DNA of 64,000 nt from an archaeon (GTDB taxonomy: Archaea; Nanobdellota; Nanobdellia; Pacearchaeales; DTIR01): assembly GCA_043808285.1 (NCBI GenBank), contig JAZDFA010000012.1:67680-131679 (forward strand), given 5' to 3'. A model generated the notes under the pieces. The model worked only from the letters and a program-made list of their open reading frames with translations. It was not told where the DNA came from and ran no database searches. A program made the position numbers and the translations under genes. Positions 17,401 through 25,967 of this stretch are shown piece after piece; position 1 is the stretch's first letter, and every line of letters starts with the position of its first letter.

Positions 17401-18191
17401 GTAATTTAGACCAAGATTATGGGGATATGACTCAGAATTTTACATGCTCTGATTCAATTGAGCAGATGGAAGGAGACATGACTTACAAGTGCTCTGCTAA
17501 TTTGCTCGGAGTAAAGGATGCTACGACAAATATTTTCTATTTCAGATGCAAAGACCAGCCATGGCTTGCGGGAAAGAATGAATCTGGCAGGAATGATAAT
17601 AAGGAAAGTTATATTTTTAAGCTTGAAGGCACTAATCCCTTAAAGATAATTGGCAAGGGTCCTGAAGAGACAATATATTCTGGTGGTGAGAACACAGAAA
17701 TAATTCTTACAGTTGATACCTCTGAGGGTTATTCATATGGGGATTCTGTATGTTATTTTAGCAATACTGGTTATGAGAATATGCTGCAGTTTTTCACAAC
17801 AGGAGAGGCTCATCACGAGCAAACGCTTAATTTACCTTTAGGAGACCACACTTTTTACCTGTCATGCATGGATTTAGCAGGGAATGTTGACAAGACTACT
17901 ATAAGCTTTACTGCTGAGCTTGATAAGACACCCCCAGAAGTAATAAAAGCATATCAAGATGGAGGCATGTTAAAGATAATCACTGATGAGGAGAGTGATT
18001 GCAGATATGGAATAAAAGATTGCAATTTTGATTTTTTCTCTGCAACAGAAATGCCAGTTGCAGATTTAGGAGAGTATAATGCTGAATGGAGAACCGATGC
18101 CACCTATTATATAAAATGCATGGATAAGTTTGGCAACATTCCTTCAAATTCGGAATGCACTATAAAATTAAATGCATATAATGTAGAATAG
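14427..18191 (+). CDS. giant Cys-rich membrane protein, copy 1: N-terminal anchor, Cys-rich ectodomain, Gly/Ala/Val/Thr-rich hydrophobic core, four beta-sandwich-like C-terminal modules
   Basis: 1254 aa, GTG start. TM helix IATLIISIFAFSFLVG. Dozens of Cys (CCEKTKDK.., CQKGCC..). Central region GGMMSYLPMAG..FKFILGVGK. C-terminal modules with recurring EPSQCK..F/YYxxC(K/R)D..GN. Confidence 0.6.
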   Translation: MKNRNVIKIKFKEIILKEPEIFSETVFQIATLIISIFAFSFLVGSISIAASPVVSALESSVCCEKTKDKNLFCQNSIAANCDDTLGHSQTLCSSTDYCKLGCCIDTTEGTCGENTPKKVCDLRNGTWDLSASCNIAQCQKGCCISGDKASLTTLVRCKKLASFYGLETDYRSEIISEATCVNIAQAEDKGACLINTGLETTCKLTTKVQCNGITHNASAFNKEFLCSAKELGTPCTRQASTGCIEGKDEVYWFDSCGNTENIYDSNKDRSWNNGKILEKSKSCDLIKGNTRNPLCGNCKYSEGSICGKARTGIEPKPAYGDYICRNVDCEDTFNGNDYKHGESWCVYDATVGQGKDLVGSRHWRHLCVMGEEQVEPCEDYRQSICVENKVKTDEGDFNEAVCKINDWRSCIDYNNKANPQSLCSNNKDCYPLAAWKMNLCMPQVPSGFEMRDSDSASTICGMATQQCTVVYTKKLSGWECTLNCECKEQSWANQMNKWCTSLGDCGGKYNLAGSYEKGYQMSGGQAPNEDSSGSDKGAGSGGGMMSYLPMAGTALGAYMMLKGGAVVAAGTVLVAGTTVTSGVVAVTQASGVVVSFTATAASPVTITASGAVQGGVSASGAVSAGGGGATTGSGGAAAGITGWLNGMTTMGPLLAIAAVAIAGFFIGKMMGLDDTASAIAAGVGVATAVTLQVLHQMGVQMFTNLAFTGLFIWGMVAAIIMIIIFKFILGVGKTKKEVISFTCLPWQPPSGGANCEKCNTLPIGGDMKQCSKYRCESLGAACSLLNEGTGNETCAWLNKDDINAPTLKPWKDVLTSGHKYRDDACKEAGCWTILRDIATDGCIQPYTSIAFGIETNEPSQCKIDYASKEKFDDMEFYFGENLYLYNHSVQMSMPAPEHIYEISKIFAEENPEEGIVPVRNGGNYTLYLRCRDANGNANAKEFSVSFCVDSGPDLNAPLIMRTSIENGAPIGYGTNSVPIDISLNEPSQCKWSNLDQDYGDMTQNFTCSDSIEQMEGDMTYKCSANLLGVKDATTNIFYFRCKDQPWLAGKNESGRNDNKESYIFKLEGTNPLKIIGKGPEETIYSGGENTEIILTVDTSEGYSYGDSVCYFSNTGYENMLQFFTTGEAHHEQTLNLPLGDHTFYLSCMDLAGNVDKTTISFTAELDKTPPEVIKAYQDGGMLKIITDEESDCRYGIKDCNFDFFSATEMPVADLGEYNAEWRTDATYYIKCMDKFGNIPSNSECTIKLNAYNVE

Positions 18192-18256
18192 TGCATGTAA
18201 CGGCAGTAATTGACGGTTCATTAAGAATTATTTTTTGCAAATTTTTATTCAAAATA

Positions 18257-18265
18257 TTTATAAAT
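18257..18265 (+). promoter_or_regulatory. TATA box
   Basis: TTTATAAAT centred about 26 nt upstream of the ATG at 18287. Confidence 0.45.
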
Positions 18266-18286
18266 ACCTTCTTCTTTAGAAAAGCC

Positions 18287-19036
18287 ATGAGAGGGAACAA
18301 GGGCGGACAGGTTGCTTTATTTGTGATTGTTGCAATCGTATTGGTCGCTTCTATTCTTTTATTTTTTGCACTAAAACCAGAAGTTAACCCATTTGCCCAG
18401 GAACAAGAGCCATCAGCTTATATTGAAAAATGCATGAGGGATTCTGCCTCTAGCGCACTGGATGTATTAAGCTCACAGGGAGGATCATTAAGCCCAACAG
18501 GCTTTGCGTTATATGACAACAACAGGGTTTCTTATTTATGTTACACAAGCGATTATTATTCAAGATGCGTCAATCAAGAGCCAATGCTGAAATATTCTGT
18601 TGAATCTGAAATAACTGATTATATAATACCTAAAGTGCAGCAGTGCATAGCTAATTTAAAACAGCAATATGAAAAAAAGGGATATAAAGTTGAAATTGGC
18701 GTAATGAAGCTTTCAACAACTCTAGCTCCAAAGAAAGTAATTATAGACTTGGACATGCCTTTTACAATAATAAAGGAAGATTCCGAAAGATACGAGAAAT
18801 TCGAGGCAATTGTGCTTCATCCTATATACGACCATATAATGCTGTCTCAAGACATTGTAAATTCAGAAACTTCAGTTGGAGATTTCGATCAGCTCGGTTA
18901 TATGCTTTACCAATCAGAGACAAGCATAGACAAGAAGTCTCAAGGGGAGAACACTATATATATAATAAGAGACAGGAGTTCTGACAAGAGATTCTTGTTT
19001 GCAATAAGAAGCTATATCATGCCACCCGGATTCTAA
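18287..19036 (+). CDS. type IV pilin-like protein (class III signal peptide)
   Basis: ORF 18191..19036, start moved to MRGNKGGQVALFVIVAIVLVASILLFFAL. KGG|Q followed by a hydrophobic helix is a prepilin-peptidase-type signal. Confidence 0.55.
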   Translation: MRGNKGGQVALFVIVAIVLVASILLFFALKPEVNPFAQEQEPSAYIEKCMRDSASSALDVLSSQGGSLSPTGFALYDNNRVSYLCYTSDYYSRCVNQEPMLKYSVESEITDYIIPKVQQCIANLKQQYEKKGYKVEIGVMKLSTTLAPKKVIIDLDMPFTIIKEDSERYEKFEAIVLHPIYDHIMLSQDIVNSETSVGDFDQLGYMLYQSETSIDKKSQGENTIYIIRDRSSDKRFLFAIRSYIMPPGF

Positions 19037-19088
19037 GAGGTTTAAAATAAGTAAAAATGGATGAGCAGAAGGACGAAGGTTAAGTAAA

Positions 19089-22000
19089 ATGAATAACAAA
19101 AAAACGGCAAAAGAAAAGCCAGTATTACAGGCGTTCTTCTTAATGGCTAACATGATTATTTCGATATTTGCATTTTCTTTTTTGATTGCTGCTGTATCAG
19201 TTATATCAACACCTGTTGCTGCTGCAGCTACATCAACTGAATGCTGCGAGAAGGTAAAGGACAAGGATTTATTCTGCCAGAATACATTATCAACAAGCTG
19301 CGATACAAAATTTGCTCATGCTCCAACTTCATGCGACTCAACTTCATTTTGCAGATTAGGGTGCTGTTATGACGGCAAGGAAGGAACTTGCGCTGAAAGC
19401 ACCCCAAGAAAGGTTTGTGATTTAAGGGGTGGGACATGGGATTTGAGCGCAAGCTGCAATATCGCACAATGCCAAAAGGGGTGCTGTGTTCTTGGAGACC
19501 AGGCATCATTGACAACATTAGTAAGATGCAAGAAATTGGCAAGCTTTTATGGTTTAGAGACAGATTACCGGTCTGCTATTGTTTCTGAGCAGGCATGCGT
19601 TGATATTGCACAAGCAGAGGATAAAGGAGCATGCGTTATCACTGCAGGCGGAGTTGAAACAACTTGCAAGCTAACAACAAGAGTAGAATGCAAGAGCATG
19701 ACACACAATGAAACTGCTTTCAATAAAGGATTTTTATGTTCGGCAGAGAAGTTAGGAACACCTTGCACAAGACAGGCATCCACAGGATGCATTGAAGGAA
19801 AGGACGAGGTTTATTGGTTTGATTCCTGCGGGAATACTGAAAATATTTATGATGCTAACAAGGACAGGAGCTGGAACAATGGAAAGATATTAGACAAGGA
19901 AAAGTCATGCGATCCTATACAAGATAATGCAAAGGATGCAAATTGCGGCAATTGCGATTATTATATGGGAAGCATGTGCGGAAAGGCAAGGACAGGAGTT
20001 GAGCCAAGACCTGCTGAGGGGGATTACATTTGCAGGGATTTGAATTGTTATAATACTTACAATGGAAAAGATTACAAGCACGGAGAATCATGGTGTGTTT
20101 TTGATGGTGCTGTAGGATTAGGCAGAGATGCACCAGGCAGCAGGCATTGGAGACATCTTTGTGTGATGGGTGAGGAGAAAGTAGAGCCTTGTGATGATTA
20201 CAGGCAGGGGATTTGTGTTCAGGATAGTGTGGATATAGAAGGTCAGGGCAAATACACAGAGGCAATGTGCAGGGCAAATGGCTGGAAGATGTGCTTTGAT
20301 TATAATTCTAAATCTAATGCAGAAAAACAATGCAATGATAATAATGACTGCATGTGGATGCAAGCATGGAAATTAAAATTATGCGTGCCAAATTTCCCTC
20401 CAGGATTTAATATAAAGGCTGGAGGAGACCTTGCAGGTGGAGCAACTACTTTCTGTAGCATGGGTTCTTCATCATGTTCTGTAGCTTATCAGAAAACTTT
20501 AACGAAAGGTTGGCAGTGTGTTGGCAATTGCGAATGCAAGGAACAAGCATGGGTAAATACTATGGACAAATTGTGCACTTCTATGGGAGATTGTGGTGGA
20601 AAAGCTAATATTGCTGGAGCTTATACTAAAGATGGATATGAAATAAGCGGAACAGAGAATGTTCCAGATAAAAATGTAAGCAACAAAGATGATGGTTTTG
20701 GAGGTTTTGGTGGTTTATTGATGTCTGGGGGGATAGCTATAGGTGCTATTTGGATATTTAATAACATGAAGCTTATAACTACTTCTCAAGCTACTGCATT
20801 AAAAGCAGCTGAAGTTATTGGAGGCAAGACTGCTAGGATGACTAGCCTCAAAGGGGCGGAAGCAGGATATTCCCCAGGTAAGGGATTAACATTAAATCAG
20901 TGGTTGAGTATTAATGCTAAACAGGGAACCGGGTTTGCCAATATAGCTGTAAATGTCGCAGGAGCATATATGGTTTCTATGCTTGTTAATGGATTATTTG
21001 GTTTGAAAGGAGAAGCCGCAAACATGGTAACAATGGCAGGTGTAACTACTTCATTAGCAACTTCAGTTTATGGAAATATGATGGCCTCAAAAGTAGCTGC
21101 AGGAACTGCGCAGCCTTTCTTAGGTCTGGGTGGGGGAGCTTGGTTTGCCCCTCTTATTTGGGCTGCAGTAGTAATGTTAGTAGTAGCTTTAATTATGAAA
21201 ATGATGAAGATAGGTGCGACAAGAACGGAGAAAGTAACATTCACATGTTTGCCATGGCAGCCTCCAGTTGGCGGGGCTGATTGCCAGAAATGCAATAAGG
21301 AACCAATTGGTGGGGAGATGAAGCCATGCACTAAATATAGATGTGATAGTCTTGGGCAGGGTTGTTCATTATTAAATGAAGGTACTGGAAAAGAGACTTG
21401 CACTTGGATTAATAAGGATGACAGCACTGCGCCGGTAATAAAACCATTAAAGTCTGTGCTTACAAAAGACCATTCTTACAAAGAAATTAAGCCTTGCCCG
21501 CCAGGACCTGGTTGCTTCAAGATAGAAAAAGAGGGTTCTAAAGACGGCTGCATAAAATCATTTACCCCATTGCAATTTGGAATAGAAGCTAATGAGCCTG
21601 CACAATGCAAGCTAGACACAAATCACACTGGGAAGTTTGATGACATGCAGTTTTATTTTGGTGATAATCTTTACTTATATAATCATACTATGATGATGAG
21701 CCTGCCTTCACCTGCTTCTATAAATGCGTTAAGCAATGAAACAACAAGCCCCACATTAAAGAATGATGGGAAATATACAATGTATATAAGATGCAGGGAC
21801 GGAAATGGGAATTGGAACTTGGGGGAAATGGCAATGCAGTTCTGCGTTGACCCTGGCCCAGACACGACACCTCCAATGATAATGAGAACAAGCATAGAGA
21901 ACGGAGCACCAATAAGTTACAATGCAAAGAATGTTCCTTTGGATGTTTATCTGAATGAGCCATCAGCGTGCAAATGGAGCAGAACAGATCAGGATTATAA

Positions 22001-22784
22001 CAATATGAATAATACATTTATATGTGCTTCAAGTGTTGAGCAGATAGAAGGAGACATGACTTACAAGTGCAGCACAATATTAAGCAGCGTTAATGATAAG
22101 GTAACAAATACCTTCTATTTCAGATGCAAAGACCAACCATGGCTTGCAGGAGTTAATGAGAGTGACAGGAATATTAACAAAGAGAGTTATGTTTTCAAGC
22201 TTGAAGGCACTATTCCATTGAATATCACTAAGGTAGAACCAAATGGAACAGTTAAAGGAGGAGCAGAGCCAATCTCTGTGAAATTAACTGCAGAGACTGC
22301 AAATGGATATTCAAGCGGGGATGCAAAATGTTCTTTTGCAACAAATGGTTATGATGGGGCGATGGTAGAATTTTTTGATACTGGTAGTTACAAACATGAA
22401 CAGACTCTTGATTTGTATGCTGGAGACTACACTTTCTATGTGATGTGTAGAGATGATGCAGGAAATACTGACCAGAATATGACTAAATTCAAAGTAGAAT
22501 TGGATAAAACACCTCCCATAGCTGTAAGAGCTTATCAGGATGGGGGAATGCTAAAGATAGTAACTGATGAAGATTCAGAATGCAAGTATGGAATAAAGGA
22601 CTGCAACTTTGACTTTTTATCTGCTACAGACATGCCATTTGAAAATTCAACAGAGCATACTGCAGAATGGAGAACAGACATAACTTATTATATCAAGTGC
22701 AAAGACCAATATGGGAATATGCCAGTACCCTCTGCTTGTTCGATACAAGTAGATGCATATGATATACAGACGAATAGTGAGTAA
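19089..22784 (+). CDS. giant Cys-rich membrane protein, copy 2 (paralog of 14427..18191)
   Basis: 1231 aa. Collinear with copy 1 in both ectodomain parts (CCEKVKDKDLFCQN.., FTCLPWQPPVGGADCQKCN.., four C-terminal modules). The central hydrophobic region is unrelated in sequence. Confidence 0.6.
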   Translation: MNNKKTAKEKPVLQAFFLMANMIISIFAFSFLIAAVSVISTPVAAAATSTECCEKVKDKDLFCQNTLSTSCDTKFAHAPTSCDSTSFCRLGCCYDGKEGTCAESTPRKVCDLRGGTWDLSASCNIAQCQKGCCVLGDQASLTTLVRCKKLASFYGLETDYRSAIVSEQACVDIAQAEDKGACVITAGGVETTCKLTTRVECKSMTHNETAFNKGFLCSAEKLGTPCTRQASTGCIEGKDEVYWFDSCGNTENIYDANKDRSWNNGKILDKEKSCDPIQDNAKDANCGNCDYYMGSMCGKARTGVEPRPAEGDYICRDLNCYNTYNGKDYKHGESWCVFDGAVGLGRDAPGSRHWRHLCVMGEEKVEPCDDYRQGICVQDSVDIEGQGKYTEAMCRANGWKMCFDYNSKSNAEKQCNDNNDCMWMQAWKLKLCVPNFPPGFNIKAGGDLAGGATTFCSMGSSSCSVAYQKTLTKGWQCVGNCECKEQAWVNTMDKLCTSMGDCGGKANIAGAYTKDGYEISGTENVPDKNVSNKDDGFGGFGGLLMSGGIAIGAIWIFNNMKLITTSQATALKAAEVIGGKTARMTSLKGAEAGYSPGKGLTLNQWLSINAKQGTGFANIAVNVAGAYMVSMLVNGLFGLKGEAANMVTMAGVTTSLATSVYGNMMASKVAAGTAQPFLGLGGGAWFAPLIWAAVVMLVVALIMKMMKIGATRTEKVTFTCLPWQPPVGGADCQKCNKEPIGGEMKPCTKYRCDSLGQGCSLLNEGTGKETCTWINKDDSTAPVIKPLKSVLTKDHSYKEIKPCPPGPGCFKIEKEGSKDGCIKSFTPLQFGIEANEPAQCKLDTNHTGKFDDMQFYFGDNLYLYNHTMMMSLPSPASINALSNETTSPTLKNDGKYTMYIRCRDGNGNWNLGEMAMQFCVDPGPDTTPPMIMRTSIENGAPISYNAKNVPLDVYLNEPSACKWSRTDQDYNNMNNTFICASSVEQIEGDMTYKCSTILSSVNDKVTNTFYFRCKDQPWLAGVNESDRNINKESYVFKLEGTIPLNITKVEPNGTVKGGAEPISVKLTAETANGYSSGDAKCSFATNGYDGAMVEFFDTGSYKHEQTLDLYAGDYTFYVMCRDDAGNTDQNMTKFKVELDKTPPIAVRAYQDGGMLKIVTDEDSECKYGIKDCNFDFLSATDMPFENSTEHTAEWRTDITYYIKCKDQYGNMPVPSACSIQVDAYDIQTNSE

Positions 22785-22821
22785 GTGAATAAGAGAAAAA
22801 TGATATTATTAATTCCTGTTT

Positions 22822-23442
22822 CTAACGGTGGTCTCTACCATATTCCATTCGCCATGTTGTAAAATCAATTGGTTGGATATTTGTTCCATCTTTGTTCATT
22901 CTAAACCACTTAGCATGACTTAAATCTTTTGTATATACACTTATACCTCTTCCATAATCTATCCTCAGGGTATCTGTAAAAATAGGACCTATTTCAAATT
23001 CAGGAGTATATGTAATTCTTTTAATATCCCTGGCATTTCCATCATTGTCAATTTTTCCTACAAATAATTCAGTTTGTTTATTTTTGCCTTCTCCAACATA
23101 TGCAGTAAAGGCAACATTTTCTTTATAGATATCATCATCAATTCTATTTTCCCAGAGTTGTTTAGCTTCAGATTTTTCGATTAGATTATTTGGATTGTCT
23201 TTTTCTTGAGCATATGTAACTCCAGTCAACCCCATCAAAGATGCACCTAGCATTATTGCAAGAGCTCCTCTCTTCATAGCTTTGAATGGACCGGGCCTTA
23301 TTGTACCTTGTGCCCTATTATTGTCATAAGAATTACTGCAAGGGTAACTTGAGGAGCCTCTTCTTGAAATTTCATTGCCGTATCTTCCAACTTTTATTTT
23401 GGTCGGTTCTCCTTTCAAATTACTCTCAAGATTATTTGCCAT
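22822..23442 (-). CDS. hypothetical membrane-anchored or secreted protein
   Basis: 206 aa. Hydrophobic helix MKRGALAIMLGASLMGLTGVTYA at residues 56-78. The consensus promoter 30 nt upstream of 23442 favours the long form; alternative start at 23277. Confidence 0.4.
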   Translation of the reverse strand: MANNLESNLKGEPTKIKVGRYGNEISRRGSSSYPCSNSYDNNRAQGTIRPGPFKAMKRGALAIMLGASLMGLTGVTYAQEKDNPNNLIEKSEAKQLWENRIDDDIYKENVAFTAYVGEGKNKQTELFVGKIDNDGNARDIKRITYTPEFEIGPIFTDTLRIDYGRGISVYTKDLSHAKWFRMNKDGTNIQPIDFTTWRMEYGRDHR

Positions 23443-23470
23443 TTTTTGTTACTACTATATGGTTACTTAT

Positions 23471-23490
23471 ATTTATAAATCTTTCTATTG
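23471..23490 (-). promoter_or_regulatory. consensus BRE/TATA promoter (AATAGAAAGATTTATAAAT on minus strand)
   Basis: Same 20-mer class also at 44335-44354, 45533-45552 and, on the plus strand, 57226-57245. Confidence 0.5.
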
Positions 23491-23499
23491 AACTTTCGA

Positions 23500-24264
23500 C
23501 TACAGAGAAATCTTCTGATTATCTGATGGGATAAATAGCCCTTCAGGTATCTGTTTTTCAATCTCTTTTGTTTCTTTTTGCATGTAATGCTCACTGATTC
23601 CGATCAGATATATCTGTTTCAATCTTGCTTTTTGAGCTATCAACTTTAATTCCTGGCCATCTATATGCAAGGGGTCTGGTAAGTATCTTCCTAAAACATA
23701 TTGTCCATCCAATATTGAAACATTAGCGTTACCTATAATCTTCATTGATTTTTCATCTATCTTGCTGAAATCTGGCGCATATATCACTTTCTTGTTTTTG
23801 TTCTTTATAATAAATCCTTTTGTTTCAAATCCTTTTGCATGCTCTAGGGGAAAAGGAGTAATGCTTAAATCTGCTATTTTTCGTTCTTCAAAATCTTTTA
23901 AGATGACAAATTCTTCTTTTATCCATGGAAAGAAACGCATAACATACTCATGTGTCTCTTTGCTTAAGTACACTGGTCCTTTATTTGTTTTTTTGCTTAG
24001 ATAAAGGTCTCCTATACCGTCCAGATGGTCAAAATGAGCATGAGTGACAAATGTTGCATCTATTTTACTTATCTTATTAGTTATTATCTGATTTCTAAAA
24101 TCTGGAGAAATATCAAATAGCAAGTTGGTATCTCCTTCTTTAATTATAATTGAAGGTCTAGACCTGAACTTCCCATTTTTTCTATATTCATTACATAGAT
24201 TGCAATCACACAGCCCAACAGGCATTCCATGAGCTTCACCGGTGCCTAGAAATATTATTTCCAT
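23500..24264 (-). CDS. MBL-fold metallo-hydrolase, PqqB/PhnP-like
   Basis: 254 aa. N-terminal LGTGEAHGMPVGLCDCNLCN (CxCxxC as in PqqB/PhnP). THAHFDHLDG (HxHxDH). Confidence 0.7.
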   Translation of the reverse strand: MEIIFLGTGEAHGMPVGLCDCNLCNEYRKNGKFRSRPSIIIKEGDTNLLFDISPDFRNQIITNKISKIDATFVTHAHFDHLDGIGDLYLSKKTNKGPVYLSKETHEYVMRFFPWIKEEFVILKDFEERKIADLSITPFPLEHAKGFETKGFIIKNKNKKVIYAPDFSKIDEKSMKIIGNANVSILDGQYVLGRYLPDPLHIDGQELKLIAQKARLKQIYLIGISEHYMQKETKEIEKQIPEGLFIPSDNQKISL

Positions 24265-24929
24265 TTTGTTATGTTTTTACTTGATTTTATTAGTTCCTTT
24301 ATATCTTTATTAGCAAGAGAGTATATAAATTTCTTGTCTTTTTTGGAGATATTGATTCTTCTGTCGATATCATGAAGATTATGCAGATAAAAACCAAATT
24401 TTTTTAAGAGGTATGCTCTGCCTATCAAAGTTATCATTTTGGTTCTGCTTTCTAGTAACCCCATTCTTTCTTGTCTCTTGTAAGATTTTTCTAGATTATA
24501 CAATTCCGCTTTTATGTAGTCATTCAACTTCATACATTCATTTTTGCAGTCTTCCCCATTCATTATTAAGACATTTTGAGGGTCAATATAGCTATTATAT
24601 TTCCATAGAAGATAGTCTGATTTATTACTCTCATTAATATAAGCAACATCTAACCAAAATGAAACATCTTTTTTTATTTCGCAAGAATCATGAATTATAA
24701 AATTATCTCTTGGGTTATTTAATATTGAGATTAGCTGATTGCCTTCCAGGTCATATACTTCTTTTCTTTCTGTTTTATTCGGGAAATAATCAAGAATGAG
24801 AGTGAATTCTAAATCTGAAAGTCTATCTCGTATTACTGTGTTATTGATTATCTTTGCTTTTGGATAGCATGATTGAAATAATCTAAACACATACCCCTGT
24901 TCTTGATTAAGTCTTTTTGTTTTTTCCAT
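24255..24929 (-). CDS. hypothetical protein (224 aa) in radical SAM operon
   Basis: ORF overlaps upstream radical SAM 3' end by 82 nt and downstream MBL gene by 10 nt. No recognisable motif. Confidence 0.4.
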   Translation of the reverse strand: MEKTKRLNQEQGYVFRLFQSCYPKAKIINNTVIRDRLSDLEFTLILDYFPNKTERKEVYDLEGNQLISILNNPRDNFIIHDSCEIKKDVSFWLDVAYINESNKSDYLLWKYNSYIDPQNVLIMNGEDCKNECMKLNDYIKAELYNLEKSYKRQERMGLLESRTKMITLIGRAYLLKKFGFYLHNLHDIDRRINISKKDKKFIYSLANKDIKELIKSSKNITKWK

Positions 24930-25966
24930 ATCTTCGTCCAGTTTATTTTTGATATATTCCCAATAGGATTCTTTTCATAAGGGCATTTATATATCTCTCC
25001 AAAAATATCTATATAACTGCTGCTAAAACCCGCAGAACAATATTTTTTTATTGTACTCAATTCACCTATTATCACTTTTTTATTGCTTTCTTTTTTTAGT
25101 CTCTTTAGAATAGCTGTTGTCTTGTTAATCTCTGGCAGAATTTTGTAAAGGCCCCTTTTGTAAGGTACTACTAATGAAAATTTAATCATTGAGATATTAT
25201 CCAACTTCTCAAGTTCTTTTAGGATATCACTCAATTCTGCATAATTAGAATTATATTTTGTGACGACCACATTTATTTTAAGAGGGATTAAAAGTTCATC
25301 AAAAAATTTTATGTTGTCTAATATCTCTTTTTTTGAATAGCATATGCCTAATTTTCTAAGAGTACTCTTTTTTAATGAATGAACTGAAAGTTGTATTATC
25401 CTAATATGTTTCTTTATTTTCTTTAATCTGCTTTTTATATCATTATGTCAGAAATGCTTTTGCGAAAACCACATGCTTTAGCATGTGGATGAGCATTTCT
25501 GATCATCCTAAAGTTGCACGCAAACCACACCCTTTAGGGTGTGGTAAAACTCAGCAACTTTTTGATTTAGAAACCCGTTAGTATTTATTTCTATTGAGAT
25601 ATTCTTTTTTGAAGCTAATTCTATGAAATCATCAAATCTAGGATTTAGTAATGGTTCTCCCCCAGTTATGATTATTTCAAGTGTAGAACTTGTTAATTTA
25701 TTTAGAATATTCTTAAAACTTGATAAAGACAAATTTCTAGTTATATTATTATTCCGGTTATAACAAAACACACAGTGAAGATTACATTTGTTTGTTATCT
25801 CTAAGAACACCCTAATGGGTCCATCAGCTTCTTTTCTTTTTCTAAAAGAAACGAAATTTGATTTCAGAAAACTAATTACATCTCTTTCTTTGAATTCTTT
25901 TAAGTCTTCTATCCTAAAGATTTGACCGTTGCGAGAAATTAGAAAGTATATCTCTCTATTGTTCAT
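24848..25966 (-). pseudogene. radical SAM enzyme with twitch/SPASM-like C-terminus, interrupted by a ~123-nt hairpin repeat
   Basis: N-half (ORF 25508..25984): CNLHCVFC, GGEPLL, EINTNGFL. C-half (open from 25447 to 24848): DIKSRLKKIKKHIRIIQLSVHSL..CSAGFSSSYIDIFGEIYKCPY. Both halves share one codon phase. The only three in-frame stops (25510-08, 25480-78, 25450-48) lie inside repeat R4. Likely start is MNNREIY at 25966. Confidence 0.7.
25443..25566 (+). repeat. modular hairpin repeat locus R4, inserted inside radical SAM coding sequence
   Basis: TTATGTCAGAAATGC..ACCACATGC-TTT-AGCATGTGG..GCATTTCTGATCATCCTAA-AGTTGCACGCAAACCACACCC-TTTA-GGGTGTGGTAAAACTCAGCAACTTTTTGAT. Confidence 0.85.
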
Positions 25967-25967
25967 C

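Noticed and set aside
25443-25566. Archaeal bulge-helix-bulge intron explanation for the element inside the radical SAM gene
   Set aside because: I could not draw a canonical BHB motif at the junctions by eye, and the same element occurs intergenically in both orientations. It is kept only as a low-prior alternative in the finding.
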